DNA from: Saccharolobus solfataricus P2
GTDB lineage: Archaea; Thermoproteota; Thermoprotei_A; Sulfolobales; Sulfolobaceae
DNA length: 64,000 nt
Reading direction: 5' to 3' (one strand)
Assembly (NCBI RefSeq): GCF_000007005.1
Contig: NC_002754.1
Part shown: positions 1 through 10,664 of the stretch, in pieces
How the letters are laid out: each line of letters begins with the position of its first letter
How positions within the stretch are numbered: position 1 is the stretch's first letter
The notes under the pieces: model-generated
Told to the model about the DNA's origin: nothing
The model's database searches: none
What the model saw: only the letters and a program-made list of their open reading frames with translations
Made by a program: the position numbers and the translations under genes

Positions 1-323
1 TGTTAAATTACAGTGCTAATAGTTTAGGAGGAGGAATCAAATATGTTGATATACCTCACTTCTACACAGCTTACTATACTTTCAACGTTCTACCGACAAC
101 CACTGTATCTACAACTATAACAACTTCAACTACTTCTACTTCAACTACTTCTACTTCAACAACTGTAACACCAGTTTCATCGGTATCTGCACCACCCGCA
201 CCACCTAGTGTAAGTGCAATAACTATAAGCACTAGTCCCGTAGTTTATGGTTCATTAGGAGTTGGAATAATACTAGTGATTGCTGCTATAGTTGTAGCAG
301 TTTTGCTAGGAAGAAGAAGCTAA
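1..323 (+). CDS. 3' end of a membrane-anchored extracellular protein (Ser/Thr-rich linker plus C-terminal TM anchor), probably an ABC solute-binding protein
   Basis: Frame +3 is open from the window edge: ...PTTTVSTTITTSTTSTSTTSTSTTVTP...GVGIILVIAAIVVAVLLGRRS*, TAA at 321-323. This architecture is typical of Sulfolobales binding proteins. Confidence 0.75.
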   Translation, partial: LNYSANSLGGGIKYVDIPHFYTAYYTFNVLPTTTVSTTITTSTTSTSTTSTSTTVTPVSSVSAPPAPPSVSAITISTSPVVYGSLGVGIILVIAAIVVAVLLGRRS

Positions 324-411
324 AAACTCATAATTTAAGTTAATTATTTTTTAATTCAGATCTATACTTTTTAACTAATTATAACAAGGTCAAATAGAAC
401 ATATTTTTGGA

Positions 412-597
412 GGGCGATTCAGATACCCATTGCGAATTCACTTTATTTTAAAGATTGCTACAAAATATTTTAAAGATTGCTACAAAATTAACTAAATGAA
501 GGCGACTAACTGGCAGAGATACATGATTACCAAATGTTAACATTTTTACAACGTATTATTTACAAATTACAATTCGCAAAAGACACCTGAATCACCC
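412..597. mobile_element. MITE, SM4-like (IS1/ISC1173-type ends), with an internal 22-bp tandem duplication
   Basis: TIRs GGGCGATTCAG...CTGAATCACCC; TATTTTAAAGATTGCTACAAAA occurs twice (164 bp without the duplication); homologous to 5046-5192 and 52180-52339. The family name is from recollection. Confidence 0.8.
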
Positions 598-699
598 AAT
601 TGGATAACGTCTCGTGTGGTTGTGCGTCATCAAAAATTAGATATTCGTAAAAAGTATATAACTTTCACGGTTTATCGGAAACTACTGACAACGTCTTAC

Positions 700-1941
700 T
701 CATGATTCTTTCCCTATCATCTCCCCAGCAAATCTCTCCTTAACTAAGAACTTCCATAAAGGGATTAATGTAATCTCCTTTCCGTTTCTAATTTCCTTCC
801 CCTCCCTATCCCACGTTATGATAATTAGCTTATAGTCCTTAAACCTCTCAGAAAATCTTACCAATCCCTTATACTCCCTATCATCTATTCCACCTTCATC
901 ATACGTAACTTGTATTGCAAACTTATCCTTAATTATAAAATCAACCTCCGCATTACCATTTGAATAATAATAAACTTCCTGACCATACCTCTTATATAAC
1001 TCTAGAAAGACTAGATTTTCTATCATTTTCCCCATCTGGAGTCTCTTATACGTGTTAAAAAGCCCAGTATCAATTACATAAACCTTTCTAGGTAACGTGT
1101 ACCTTTCAAGGGATTTTCCAGTAAATCTCTTCACGAACAGAAAGAGGTATGCGTTAGATAGACAATAGAAGTAGTTTTCAACGGACTGGTGAGATAGATT
1201 AAACGCATTTCCAACTCTCCTAGTCGACACCTCCTTACCAATATTCTCTAATAGAAAGTCAGCTAACCCCTTTACATCTTTTCTAGTCTTGCATCTAATT
1301 ATAACATCCCTTGTAATGATGTCAGAATAGAGGTTCCTTAAATACTCGTTTTTATCGAATTTGAAGGTCTCTGGAAAACCTCCTTGTTGTAAATAGTTTC
1401 TTAACTCTTCTTTTAGCCTAGCAATACCCCTAGTGGTCTCCTCTACTTTAACGTCCTTATACCTTAAGTACTCCTTAAATGAGAAGGGAAAAACGAGGAA
1501 GTCCATATGCCTCCCAGTCAAGTAAGTTGCCATCTCTGAACTCATTAGTCTAGCGTTACTTCCAGTAACTATTACTGGGTATATTTCCCTTATTCTAGAA
1601 ACGAAGAGTTCCCATCCCTTAACGTTTTGTATTTCATCTAGTATTATTACCTCAATTTTCTTTTTTATCTGATAGCCAGCCTCTAAAAATTTATTCAATT
1701 CGTTAGCCTTTATTCCCGATAACCTCTCGTCATCGAAATCGACTCTTAAGATCTCTTTGCCTTTAGTGAGTTGAACTGTAAAGATTGATTTCCCAGCCCT
1801 CCTTGGACCAGTTATCAAATAAGCGTTGTTATACGTTATTGAGTAGTTATAGTGCCTCGTTATGATCCTCTCTTTTCTTAACTTATCGTTTAGGAAAGAT
1901 TCTTGGTCTAGGAGTATTCTCTTTATCTCTTCTACTTCCAC
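700..1941 (-). CDS. AAA_14/DUF4143 (COG1373) ATP-binding protein
   Basis: Walker A GPRRAGKS, Walker B IILDEIQ, TGS motif, C-terminal EVDF PD-(D/E)xK-like tail. Likely GTG start at 1941, with TTTTTAA about 25-30 nt upstream. Confidence 0.85.
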   Translation of the reverse strand: MEVEEIKRILLDQESFLNDKLRKERIITRHYNYSITYNNAYLITGPRRAGKSIFTVQLTKGKEILRVDFDDERLSGIKANELNKFLEAGYQIKKKIEVIILDEIQNVKGWELFVSRIREIYPVIVTGSNARLMSSEMATYLTGRHMDFLVFPFSFKEYLRYKDVKVEETTRGIARLKEELRNYLQQGGFPETFKFDKNEYLRNLYSDIITRDVIIRCKTRKDVKGLADFLLENIGKEVSTRRVGNAFNLSHQSVENYFYCLSNAYLFLFVKRFTGKSLERYTLPRKVYVIDTGLFNTYKRLQMGKMIENLVFLELYKRYGQEVYYYSNGNAEVDFIIKDKFAIQVTYDEGGIDDREYKGLVRFSERFKDYKLIIITWDREGKEIRNGKEITLIPLWKFLVKERFAGEMIGKES

Positions 1942-1971
1942 AATAATAAGGTTAGAGTTTGGGGTTAAAAA

Positions 1972-2027
1972 ACTGTCAATATTTGTTTGACAGTCTACTG
2001 TTTTACTGTCAATTTTTACTTGACAGT
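1972..2027. promoter_or_regulatory. Tandem palindromic operator ACTGTCAA-N7-TTGACAGT x2
   Basis: Perfect inverted repeats at 1972-1994 and 2005-2027 (33-bp period), directly upstream of the TATA box of the ATPase gene. Confidence 0.6.
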
Positions 2028-2642
2028 CCAAAGTGAATACCAAAAGAGAATTCCTCACTATAATGCTGACAAATAGGGGTTTAAGGTTAGTCCTTGTTCT
2101 TTCTTAGAATTTTCCAATGAAGAATAAGTTTGGTTGAAGTGACGCGTCGGAGGAAAAGGTCGGCCTTATAGGTTATTGCTGGTTATTTGAAGAGGAGTAA
2201 GGTTAATTATAAAAGAGTACTTAATTATTTATTTGTATTATTTAAGTATTTATAATAATTTTATTGTTTTAGTATAAATCATTTAAAATATTCATTTTGT
2301 TGTCTACACATTATTATTTTCTCCTTTCCCGTTTAGCTGATCTTTAAATTTAACGATATTATGTGCTTTGTGACCTTGTTGAATTTTAGCAAACGATTAA
2401 GAGATCTCATAAGCCTAAATTGTAGACCTTGAGATTAATTGATAGAAAGATAATAGTGATTTAATGTAGAAATATTCAACAGATCAACTAAACGGATATT
2501 ATAAGAATCTAGATGTTCATTAATTCACTTCCCTTATATTAGGCTTTTAGTAGTTTCCCTTTTACCGTACTTAGTGATTATTCCATAATAATAAGATTCC
2601 ATAATAGAAAATTTTATTACAACATCATGTAAAACGTAGAGT

Positions 2643-3617
2643 GTGAATTATTGCATTTACGCAACAGTTTTCAACAACGCCCCAACATTGGAGGAGAGTG
2701 TAAAGAGCGTTTGGAGGAGTGATGTAACCATAGTGATTACTGACAATTATTCAACAGATAGTACATGGGAGAGATTATTAGAACTTAGAAAGGATTATAA
2801 TTTAGTATTATATAGGCTGAAATCAACTAGGGGTAAGGGTAGAGGCTATTCTTTAAAACATTGTCCAGAGAACAGTATTACAACTTACTTTGACTTGGAT
2901 ATGAGGTATAATGAGAGTTTTCATAAAATCTTAGAATGGGCTCCAAGGGATAAGAAGATATTAGTAAATCTAGTTAACGGGTTTGTTGTTAAGAGAGAGA
3001 CCATATTGGAGAAAGGGAGTTGGAGGGATCTAAATAGAGCTGAGGATTGGGAGATTGTTTCTAGAGTTGGTTTCGATTATTTTGTCCCTGCACTTATTCA
3101 TGCTGAGTTACGTAATGAGTTAGCTAGGGAAAAGAGATATGCCAAAGGTTTAAAATATTATGGTAGGAGGTTCAAAAATAAATTAGATGTTATAAGAGGT
3201 TTGGGATATAACTGGAGTGATATGAAAATTGCGTATTCCCAACATTCAATTCCATATAAGATTTTTGTCAATGCCCCTTCCTTTGTACTCGCCAAACTTA
3301 TGGGAATTTATAGAAACTATAAGGAATATAATAACGGAGTTGGTACAATATTATCAGCTCTTGATAGAATGATTGATCTTAAGGAGATAGGAATTAATGA
3401 TAAGTACTTCTTATTTGGTGGGTATTGGGGTTTCTTCAGTGCGTATAATTTGGATAAGATTATTGATGAAAAGCTACCAAGTAAAGTAGGGAGAGTAAGA
3501 AAGCTCATATGCAATGATGATGGGCTACGATATATCAAAACCTTAGATGGATTTGACATAATTAAGCTTGCATCTTTTTTAAAAGACAAGCTTGAATGTA
3601 AGGAGTTCAACCTTTAG
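2643..3617 (+). CDS. Glycosyltransferase family 2 protein
   Basis: N-terminal ATVFNN...ITDNYSTDST, RGKGR, FDLD (DxD-like), AEDWE motif. Confidence 0.85.
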   Translation: MNYCIYATVFNNAPTLEESVKSVWRSDVTIVITDNYSTDSTWERLLELRKDYNLVLYRLKSTRGKGRGYSLKHCPENSITTYFDLDMRYNESFHKILEWAPRDKKILVNLVNGFVVKRETILEKGSWRDLNRAEDWEIVSRVGFDYFVPALIHAELRNELAREKRYAKGLKYYGRRFKNKLDVIRGLGYNWSDMKIAYSQHSIPYKIFVNAPSFVLAKLMGIYRNYKEYNNGVGTILSALDRMIDLKEIGINDKYFLFGGYWGFFSAYNLDKIIDEKLPSKVGRVRKLICNDDGLRYIKTLDGFDIIKLASFLKDKLECKEFNL

Positions 3618-4947
3618 AATTCTCACTCTCACTTGATTGCCTGCTTATCTCCAATGCCTCAGCGTAAATGAAACCTAGTATTATCCAACCAAAGAACAAG
3701 TACACAATGTACTTGTTAAACGTTGGTAAAGAGTAGAGAAATACTGAAATACTGACTAATGATGCAAATATCCCGATAAATACTTCGTGAAGGTGCTTTA
3801 AGGCTCTCTTTGATGCAATCCTAACCAGTGATGAATTGGCTGAAATATGAATAAATAGGTTATTTAAGCCAGCCAGGGCTCCAAGTATTGTAAAAACATT
3901 GTATAGTCCAAAGGTGTAGGTCATTGCAGTTAGCGAAGTTATAAAGACTAATCCTACAAGTAGTTCAGAGTATTTCACCTTAGAGAGACCACTTGGCATT
4001 ATTTTATCCTCAGCCATTGCTTTCAATGTTCTAGAGTTAGCTAAAATATACGTCATTCCTCCTAATGTCCCATCGCTTAATGCGATGAGGGCTATTACTA
4101 ATGTCCCTATTAAGCCAAATCTGAACAGTAAGTAGTCTATTAAGTTTCCAGTGAAGTTCATGGCTGCTAAGGAGTAAAAGAAAAACGTTGCTATTAAACC
4201 TCCAAATAATAAGACTGAAATTGCAGCCTTACCTATGGTCTTAGGATTAGTTTCCCCACCTAAGGGAGCTATTGAGCCATAACCAGTTGGTATTCCTAAT
4301 CCGAATACTACAGCTGATATTAAGGTAGGTGTAATTGAACTCGGTATTGGATTGTAAAAATTCCATCTAGAATCGTAAAGAAATAATAAGGAAAGTAGGG
4401 AAATTATTAAGATTTCCACTATTGACGCTCCAATAGCGTATTTAGCTGACACTTGTACTCCAGCAAGCACTATTGAAGTTGCAATTATTCCAATAATTAG
4501 TGCGTAAAACCACTGATCATAAAATATTGAAGGCAGCATTGTAGAAGGTATGTACGTTGAAATAATAGTATAAAGTACGTAAGCGCCACCTGTGAGTAGC
4601 GTTCCACCATAAGCCAACCCATAAAGTAAATAGTTCCAACCCGTATTCAATCCTAACCTAGAGGTTAAGGAGTAAAATGCGTATGTGTAATACCCCCCAC
4701 CCCTCTTAAATCGCCCAGATAAGGAATAAATAACCAGACCATTAAATAGGACCACGAGAGTTGCGATCAACATTGCAAATGGTGCTTGCGTTCCGACTTT
4801 TCCTATCATTACAGTACCGAAGGTTAGTAAGGAGATAAAGGGCGCTTGCCCACCAAATGAGATAAAGAATACGTCTTTAAATGTTAGCTTTTTACTCGTC
4901 TTCATTTCCTCCTTTTTGTCAATCTCTTCCTTCATACAGTAAAACAT
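3607..4947 (-). CDS. APC-family amino acid permease
   Basis: About 12 hydrophobic segments; GGGYYTY motif; start may be at 4935. Confidence 0.85.
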   Translation of the reverse strand: MFYCMKEEIDKKEEMKTSKKLTFKDVFFISFGGQAPFISLLTFGTVMIGKVGTQAPFAMLIATLVVLFNGLVIYSLSGRFKRGGGYYTYAFYSLTSRLGLNTGWNYLLYGLAYGGTLLTGGAYVLYTIISTYIPSTMLPSIFYDQWFYALIIGIIATSIVLAGVQVSAKYAIGASIVEILIISLLSLLFLYDSRWNFYNPIPSSITPTLISAVVFGLGIPTGYGSIAPLGGETNPKTIGKAAISVLLFGGLIATFFFYSLAAMNFTGNLIDYLLFRFGLIGTLVIALIALSDGTLGGMTYILANSRTLKAMAEDKIMPSGLSKVKYSELLVGLVFITSLTAMTYTFGLYNVFTILGALAGLNNLFIHISANSSLVRIASKRALKHLHEVFIGIFASLVSISVFLYSLPTFNKYIVYLFFGWIILGFIYAEALEISRQSSESENSKG

Positions 4948-4986
4948 AGTGATACATTACAAATAAACGTTTCCGTATGTAACTAG

Positions 4987-5045
4987 ACTGTGGACAACAA
5001 TTTCATTCATTTGAGACTTAGTTTAAGTTCCCTTAATATCGCTTT
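4987..5045 (+). mobile_element. Truncated left end of MITE family X (TIR AGTGTGGACAACAATT)
   Basis: Matches 20200-20260 and 42668-42720; cut off by the SM4-like element at 5046. Confidence 0.6.
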
Positions 5046-5192
5046 GGGCGATTCAGTTATTATTTTAAAGATTGCTACAATTTGACTGAATGAAGGGCGA
5101 CTAACTGGCAGAGATACATGATTACCAATGTTAACATTTTTATAAGCACATTATTTACAAATTACAATTCGCAAAGGAGACCTGAATCGCCC
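5046..5192. mobile_element. MITE, SM4-like
   Basis: Perfect 11-bp TIR GGGCGATTCAG/CTGAATCGCCC; interior homologous to 412-597; no clear TSD. Confidence 0.8.
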
Positions 5193-5210
5193 ATTTTCCC
5201 TTCTAACACC

Positions 5211-5786
5211 TCATAACTTCTCTAAAAGCTTTTCAAACCCCTTAATTTCTCTAAGTGGTAATCCCATACTTCCTCTTGTCACAGCTAAAACTTCAGCAAC
5301 AATTGAAAACGCGATCTCCTTCTCGTTTTTAGCACCAATATCTAAACCAGCTGGTATTCTCAATTTCTTTAATTTCTCTTTATCAATTCCAGCTTGGATA
5401 AGCCTCTTCAATATTACCTCAGCCCTTTTTAAGCTCATTATTACAGCAATCTCCTTAGCTCCACCGTAAATTGACTTCATAATAGCCCAAGTATCGTATA
5501 CGTGTCTAGTTGCGACTATTACGTAATTGTCCTTTACAACGTCATCTGGAATTTGGAAAGTAGTACCTTTAATCACCTCATCAGCCTCATAATAACTTTC
5601 CTCAGCAAAAGGATCTACTACTAAAACGTGGAAGCCCAAATCTTTTAAATATCTCGCTATAAATGGCGCAACGTTAATTCCCTTCCCAGTACACTTACTG
5701 GCATCAACTTTGACGGTGTCCCTATCGCAAAATACTGGTTCCTCCATATCCGCTTCCCTACTTGAAGCAAATATAACGACTTTCAT
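5211..5786 (-). CDS. XdhC/CoxF family Rossmann-domain protein (molybdoenzyme accessory factor)
   Basis: VIVATRH...D, PAGLDIGAKNEKEIAFSIVAEVLA motif of the XdhC C-terminal domain. Confidence 0.8.
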   Translation of the reverse strand: MKVVIFASSREADMEEPVFCDRDTVKVDASKCTGKGINVAPFIARYLKDLGFHVLVVDPFAEESYYEADEVIKGTTFQIPDDVVKDNYVIVATRHVYDTWAIMKSIYGGAKEIAVIMSLKRAEVILKRLIQAGIDKEKLKKLRIPAGLDIGAKNEKEIAFSIVAEVLAVTRGSMGLPLREIKGFEKLLEKL

Positions 5787-5872
5787 AAATTAACATACTA
5801 ACTAAACGCTTATATGTATTCATTAAAACCGAGTTAAGGTAGTTTCAAGTAAAGTGAACTACCAAGCTTTAA

Positions 5873-7171
5873 TTGTAGATCCATAAAGTTTTAACAAAAA
5901 ATAATACTAACAAGCTAATATCTGGTTAACAGAAGATAATGGAGTAAATTACAATATTAAGAAGTTAAGAAGTTGAAAAAGATTTAAGGTGAGGAAAACC
6001 ATATATTACTAAGGATGAATTCGAATGATAACACTAGATTTTCCTCACCGAAATGATGTTGAGCAGATAGGGCATAAATTACTTTCCATGATAGACTTCA
6101 AGGGAAGTAAGGTAGAAGAAGTCGCCAAGGTCCTCGTCTCAGCAGCCCTATTGAATGACTCGATTGAGAACAAGCTAAAGATGTTTGGGATCTCAGACCA
6201 AACGGTAAGTAATTACGCCGAGAAAGAAGAAGTTGCCGAGAGAACTCGAAAGAGTAAAGCAATTATTGCATGATATGTTAAAAGGAGGTAAACATATTTA
6301 TCGATTGGATTACAATGAGACGGTAGGCCAGTCGAGGGGTTAGGTAGCTCAGACGAAGGATACTCATGGAACTACGTCACTACAACGACAAAACCCAATG
6401 AGAAAGTACTTGTACTCGCATTCATAGAACAAGAGAACGGGGTGACTAAGGACATAGTGAAAATATTCGTAGAACAAGTATCAGGGAATTTCAATATCTC
6501 GATAACACTTGACGCTGGATTTAACTCAATAGACGTACTGAACTTCATCTTACAATTCAAGTACATAATCGCAGTACCAGTTGGGGACGTCAAAATTTAT
6601 GAGTTGATGGGGAATACAAGACGAACATTAAGAGGTACAAGAAGGATGAACAAGTGACGTTCAGATTATTCGTTTATAGAAGAGGGAGGAAGAAGGAAAA
6701 AGATTGAGTATTTCGCAAGGTCACTAACCTTGCCCAAGGATCAAGTGCTCAAGTTTTACAACAAGGTGAGGAACCCTATAGAGACTTCCTATAAGAACAT
6801 CAAGTCATTTCTCCCGTTCATAAGCTTAATCAAGTTCGCTAGTATTTTGGAAAAGTTCTTAGACTATGATCTAGTGGTATATCCTTTGCCTAAAGCTATA
6901 AACTTTCTGAAAGCACTAGCGTTCCGTAAGCTAATCTTCATGATAGCTCTCTACCCCCTCCTATGGTTGCAGAAAATCACTGCCACGGTCCACTTTGTTA
7001 GAGGCGAGGCATGTGGTGCCTCTTCACAATATTCAAGGAAGTGAAGAAGGAAGACTTTTACTAATCCTTTTATTCATAACATTAGTTCTCGGAGATAATC
7101 CTAAAAATAGATAAAACGCTTAACAATACTACGAATTTATTTTCAAGAGGGGTGTGATTTTTGATCTACTG
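5873..7171 (+). mobile_element. Degenerate ISH3-family (ISC1225-like) IS with transposase pseudogene
   Basis: Transposase fragments at 6025-7080 (IGHKLLSMIDFKG, ITLDAGF, NPIETSYKNIK) with stops and frameshifts; eroded TIRs TGTAGATCCATAAA / ATTTTTGATCTACTG. Confidence 0.8.
6840..6918. mobile_element. 79-bp MITE (SM1-like) inside the ISC1225-like pseudogene
   Basis: Imperfect TIR TAGTATTTTGGAAAAGTT / AACTTTCTGAAAGCACTA; flanked by GC/GC; identical to the reverse complement of 48375-48453. Confidence 0.85.
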
Positions 7172-7603
7172 TAAAGGGAGAAGTTTATCCTCTTCTTCCT
7201 AGGTTATACCAAATAATATAGTCCACTCATTTGCTAACACGAATTATCATTCTATGTTAAGAAATTCTTTGCTTTTTAAACGGAAAGATCTCTATATTAT
7301 ATTATAGTATAACTTATTCTTTTAGTATCCTAAATAACTCATTATGAACTTCCTTAGTTGATGGTAAATCGGGGGTAGAAGTATTCCTACAAGGGAGAAA
7401 ATTGGATACAGCTATTGTGTTCACTATTCCTTCATTTGTGATCAAAGGATTCTAAATAACGCCGTAATACTTTCCTTCTTTATTAGTTCTTCATTAAAAT
7501 TTATCAAAAACTAGAAGATATCTACAGAAACTATCACAATAGGTATGAAAGAAAAGTCTTGTTATGAGTAAATTTTATTTTCTCATTTTGCCATTTATCT
7601 ATA

Positions 7604-8347
7604 GTGAAGATTAGGGTTGATATTATAGGTTTAAAAGGTGGTGTCGGGAAGACAACAATAGCGTTGAATACTGCATTATATCTTTCCAAGAGATATAAGG
7701 TTTTATATATTGATAAGGATCTGCTTTCAATGGGGTCTTTAATTTTAGGATTTAATGGCCTTGGTTTTAATAAAGCAATAGTAGAAGGTTTAGGCAATGA
7801 ACAATATGAGTATAAGGTTAATAATAACTTAACGTTATTCAAGTTATATAGTGATCCAGTAAACGAGAGAGAGTTACAGCATAAGGTTAAAGGCATGGGT
7901 GAAAAAGCTGAAAGAGCCTACGTTGATGTTGTATCGAAGGGCTATGATGTTATCATAGTAGATTACGGTAGGATTTTCAGAACTAATGATCCATTAGTGT
8001 ATGACGAATATGAAATGTTTAAGAAAAATTTCCCTGACTATACGATAGCTGCAGCAGGAATTACTGACGCCATTAGAAATGATGTTACAGATGTTGTAAA
8101 ATATTTTCTAGATACAATAAATAGAATTAAAGCCAAACCCCTCGCTTTCGTAATTAACATGGTACCTCAAATAGGTGATATTCAGAAAGAAATTAATCAA
8201 ATAGTTAGAGAAATTAGTGAAGTTGTAAAATGTGATATACTTACTATTCCCTTTAACGAGAAGTTAGTACAATATGCCAATATGGGAGAAGTAGAAGAAA
8301 TGCAAAAAGTGGGAAAGTTAATAGAGCGAATTTTATCTAATGGGTAA
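7604..8347 (+). CDS. MinD/ParA-family P-loop ATPase
   Basis: Deviant Walker A KGGVGKTT, YIDKD, IIVDYG, FVINMV. Confidence 0.85.
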   Translation: MKIRVDIIGLKGGVGKTTIALNTALYLSKRYKVLYIDKDLLSMGSLILGFNGLGFNKAIVEGLGNEQYEYKVNNNLTLFKLYSDPVNERELQHKVKGMGEKAERAYVDVVSKGYDVIIVDYGRIFRTNDPLVYDEYEMFKKNFPDYTIAAAGITDAIRNDVTDVVKYFLDTINRIKAKPLAFVINMVPQIGDIQKEINQIVREISEVVKCDILTIPFNEKLVQYANMGEVEEMQKVGKLIERILSNG

Positions 8348-8575
8348 TAGATCTTTTTAAGCTAGTTTACAAGTTTTTTACAAGAGAACGTCTATCCTTT
8401 TGATGCTGAATACTCTAAGCATAAGTGGTTTTTTCCAAATATTTACTTATACAATACATAAAAGTTGCATAAAAACTATTTTAGTTAAACTATCCGCATC
8501 CTCTACTAGAAAACGTTCATCGGGATATAAGAAAAAAATTGTTTATATGTATTTTAAAAAAAAAAAGAACATACT

Positions 8576-10654
8576 TTACTCTTTAGCCGTATTTTTCTTA
8601 ACTGTAGGGATAATAGATATTAATATAATAATTAGTATGAATGCTATTACAATAGCAGGTATTCCGTACACTTGGTATAACGTATATTTTCCCACGTAAT
8701 TAACTAGGTAGTTAACTACAGTTTCCCCTGGTGTTAATTTGACGTAATTTAATGGTATTGTGATGTTTTTGACGTATGTCTGATTACTATAGTAATAGAA
8801 CATTGATATCTGAAATACAGTATTCTTTGTGACATGTATGGTAAAAGGCATTGCTATGGTTTCGTTTGGTAGTATTTGTGAGATTACGTAGAATGGTGGT
8901 GTTATTGCAGTACCGTTGGGTTTTATAAGGATGTATATATTGTTGGTGTTTTGGTTTCCGGTGTTTTGTATGTATAGTATTAGTGTGGCTGTATATGTTC
9001 CAGTTGTTGATCTAGTTATATTGATGAATTGGTATGTTGCATTCAACCTGACTGATATAGGTAACACTGATTTAGTATAATTTAATGGTATTGTGATGTT
9101 GCTAGTATATGATTGGTTACTATAGTAATAGAACATGGTTATTTGAACCAGTGCGCTATTTGGTGTGCGTAAAGTGAATGGGATTGCTATGGTTTCGTTT
9201 GGTAGTATTTGTGAGATTACGTAGAATGGTGGTGTTATTGCAGTACCGTTGGGTTTTATAAGGATGTATATATTGTTGGCGTTTTGGTTTCCGGTGTTTT
9301 GTATGTATAGTATTAGTGTGGCTGTATATGTTCCAGTTGTTGATCTAGTTATATTGATGAATTGGTATGTTGCATTCAACCTGACGAATGGGACTTCGTA
9401 AACTTTCTGCCAGTAAGAAAACACGCTATTGCCAGAATAAAAGGTAATGTGAACAAGGTTAGGTTTTATAGTGGCAGGATACAAGACATTTCCTTTAGGA
9501 GATAGTTTTAGTATCTTTACAGCGTCTTGTCCAAACTGAACTGTTATATTATATAGCGTTATGTTATCACGATTAGATATGTTAATGTTACCGTTATTCC
9601 ACGCTACACTTATTGGATATACTATAGGAAAATAATAACTGCCTAAAGTTACGTTCTTAAGACCTAATGGTGTGTAGAAGAAAGCATAAATCTTGAGTGA
9701 AACATTTGAATTGGCATAGAAGGATAATATGAAATTTACAGCACTATTTGAAGCTAAATGTGGAATAGTTAACATCTTCATAGTATTATTATAGTTGGCA
9801 ATTATGGTGAGGTTGCTTATTGGAAGGGTGTCTTTATTTACTATTGAGACATTAAAGTTATTATAACCCGGATAAACGACTCCATTAGGAGTTCGAACAT
9901 TTGCATATAGTGTTGATATTGAAGTATTTACGTTAGTTTCTAAAACGAGTTGCCTAACATAGTAGAGGTTATAGGGTGTTAAAAACCGTATAGTTAATGG
10001 AATATTTAAATGATAAATCGGAATATCTTCAAATGGGACAAATAGCTCCACTGATATGTCCTTACTCCCGTTAACGTAAGACAAACTAACGTTTTTCATA
10101 AAATATGGGGATAAGATAGAGCCATTGTAGAGTGGAGATGGTGTGTTAATTCGAAAGATAACTTCTTGGAAACCTTGTATTAAGCTTGAATTTAATAGTT
10201 TAATACTAAAGTTATAAATACCATAGTAAGGCAAAGTAAATGAGGTATTATAAGATACATTACCCCCATTTTCAGTGATTAATGACAACATTACTGGGAA
10301 ATCTAACTGATTAGGAAGACTCGAGCTAACTATAGTAATGTTAAATTGTATGTTATATTGTTGCACTTGAGAGGATAAGGGTAAAATGTCTTCTACATAA
10401 TGTCCTTCGGTAGCGTTTAGAATTCCTTGAGGTAAAAGTATCTTTGCAATTAGGGCATAAGCGTTTATCTTAGTAGAATTTAAAAACGTAATCAAGTTTA
10501 CATTTATCGTTGTAAGATTATCCAAGGTGGGGATTGTCTTCCAGTTAGCTGTAATGAAGTATGAAAAAGGTGGTGTTGTAGATGAGGAATTTGAGAATCC
10601 AGATAACATTAGTGGGAAGAGCACTAGAAGTATTAAGACAATTGATTTATACAT
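8576..10654 (-). CDS. Large secreted, C-terminally anchored surface glycoprotein with a duplicated 111-aa beta-rich (CARDB/NEW3-like) domain
   Basis: N-terminal signal peptide, many NxS/T sequons, C-terminal TM helix followed by a basic tail, internal repeat. Confidence 0.8.
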   Translation of the reverse strand: MYKSIVLILLVLFPLMLSGFSNSSSTTPPFSYFITANWKTIPTLDNLTTINVNLITFLNSTKINAYALIAKILLPQGILNATEGHYVEDILPLSSQVQQYNIQFNITIVSSSLPNQLDFPVMLSLITENGGNVSYNTSFTLPYYGIYNFSIKLLNSSLIQGFQEVIFRINTPSPLYNGSILSPYFMKNVSLSYVNGSKDISVELFVPFEDIPIYHLNIPLTIRFLTPYNLYYVRQLVLETNVNTSISTLYANVRTPNGVVYPGYNNFNVSIVNKDTLPISNLTIIANYNNTMKMLTIPHLASNSAVNFILSFYANSNVSLKIYAFFYTPLGLKNVTLGSYYFPIVYPISVAWNNGNINISNRDNITLYNITVQFGQDAVKILKLSPKGNVLYPATIKPNLVHITFYSGNSVFSYWQKVYEVPFVRLNATYQFINITRSTTGTYTATLILYIQNTGNQNANNIYILIKPNGTAITPPFYVISQILPNETIAIPFTLRTPNSALVQITMFYYYSNQSYTSNITIPLNYTKSVLPISVRLNATYQFINITRSTTGTYTATLILYIQNTGNQNTNNIYILIKPNGTAITPPFYVISQILPNETIAMPFTIHVTKNTVFQISMFYYYSNQTYVKNITIPLNYVKLTPGETVVNYLVNYVGKYTLYQVYGIPAIVIAFILIIILISIIPTVKKNTAKE
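8850..9385. repeat. Near-perfect 203-bp direct repeat (8850-9052 / 9183-9385)
   Basis: Offset of 333 bp (111 codons) with one mismatch seen; weaker similarity extends to about 8745/9078. Confidence 0.9.
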
Positions 10655-10664
10655 CTCATATCAC

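Noticed and set aside
1942-2058. 39-aa N-terminal extension of the ATPase in the ORF track, with repeated DCQ..ID
   Set aside because: It is the translation of the palindromic operator; a TATA box fits the GTG start at 1941.
2120-2240. Possible transposase C-terminal remnant (VEVTRRRKR...)
   Set aside because: Too short and eroded; no TIR pair or second copy in the window.
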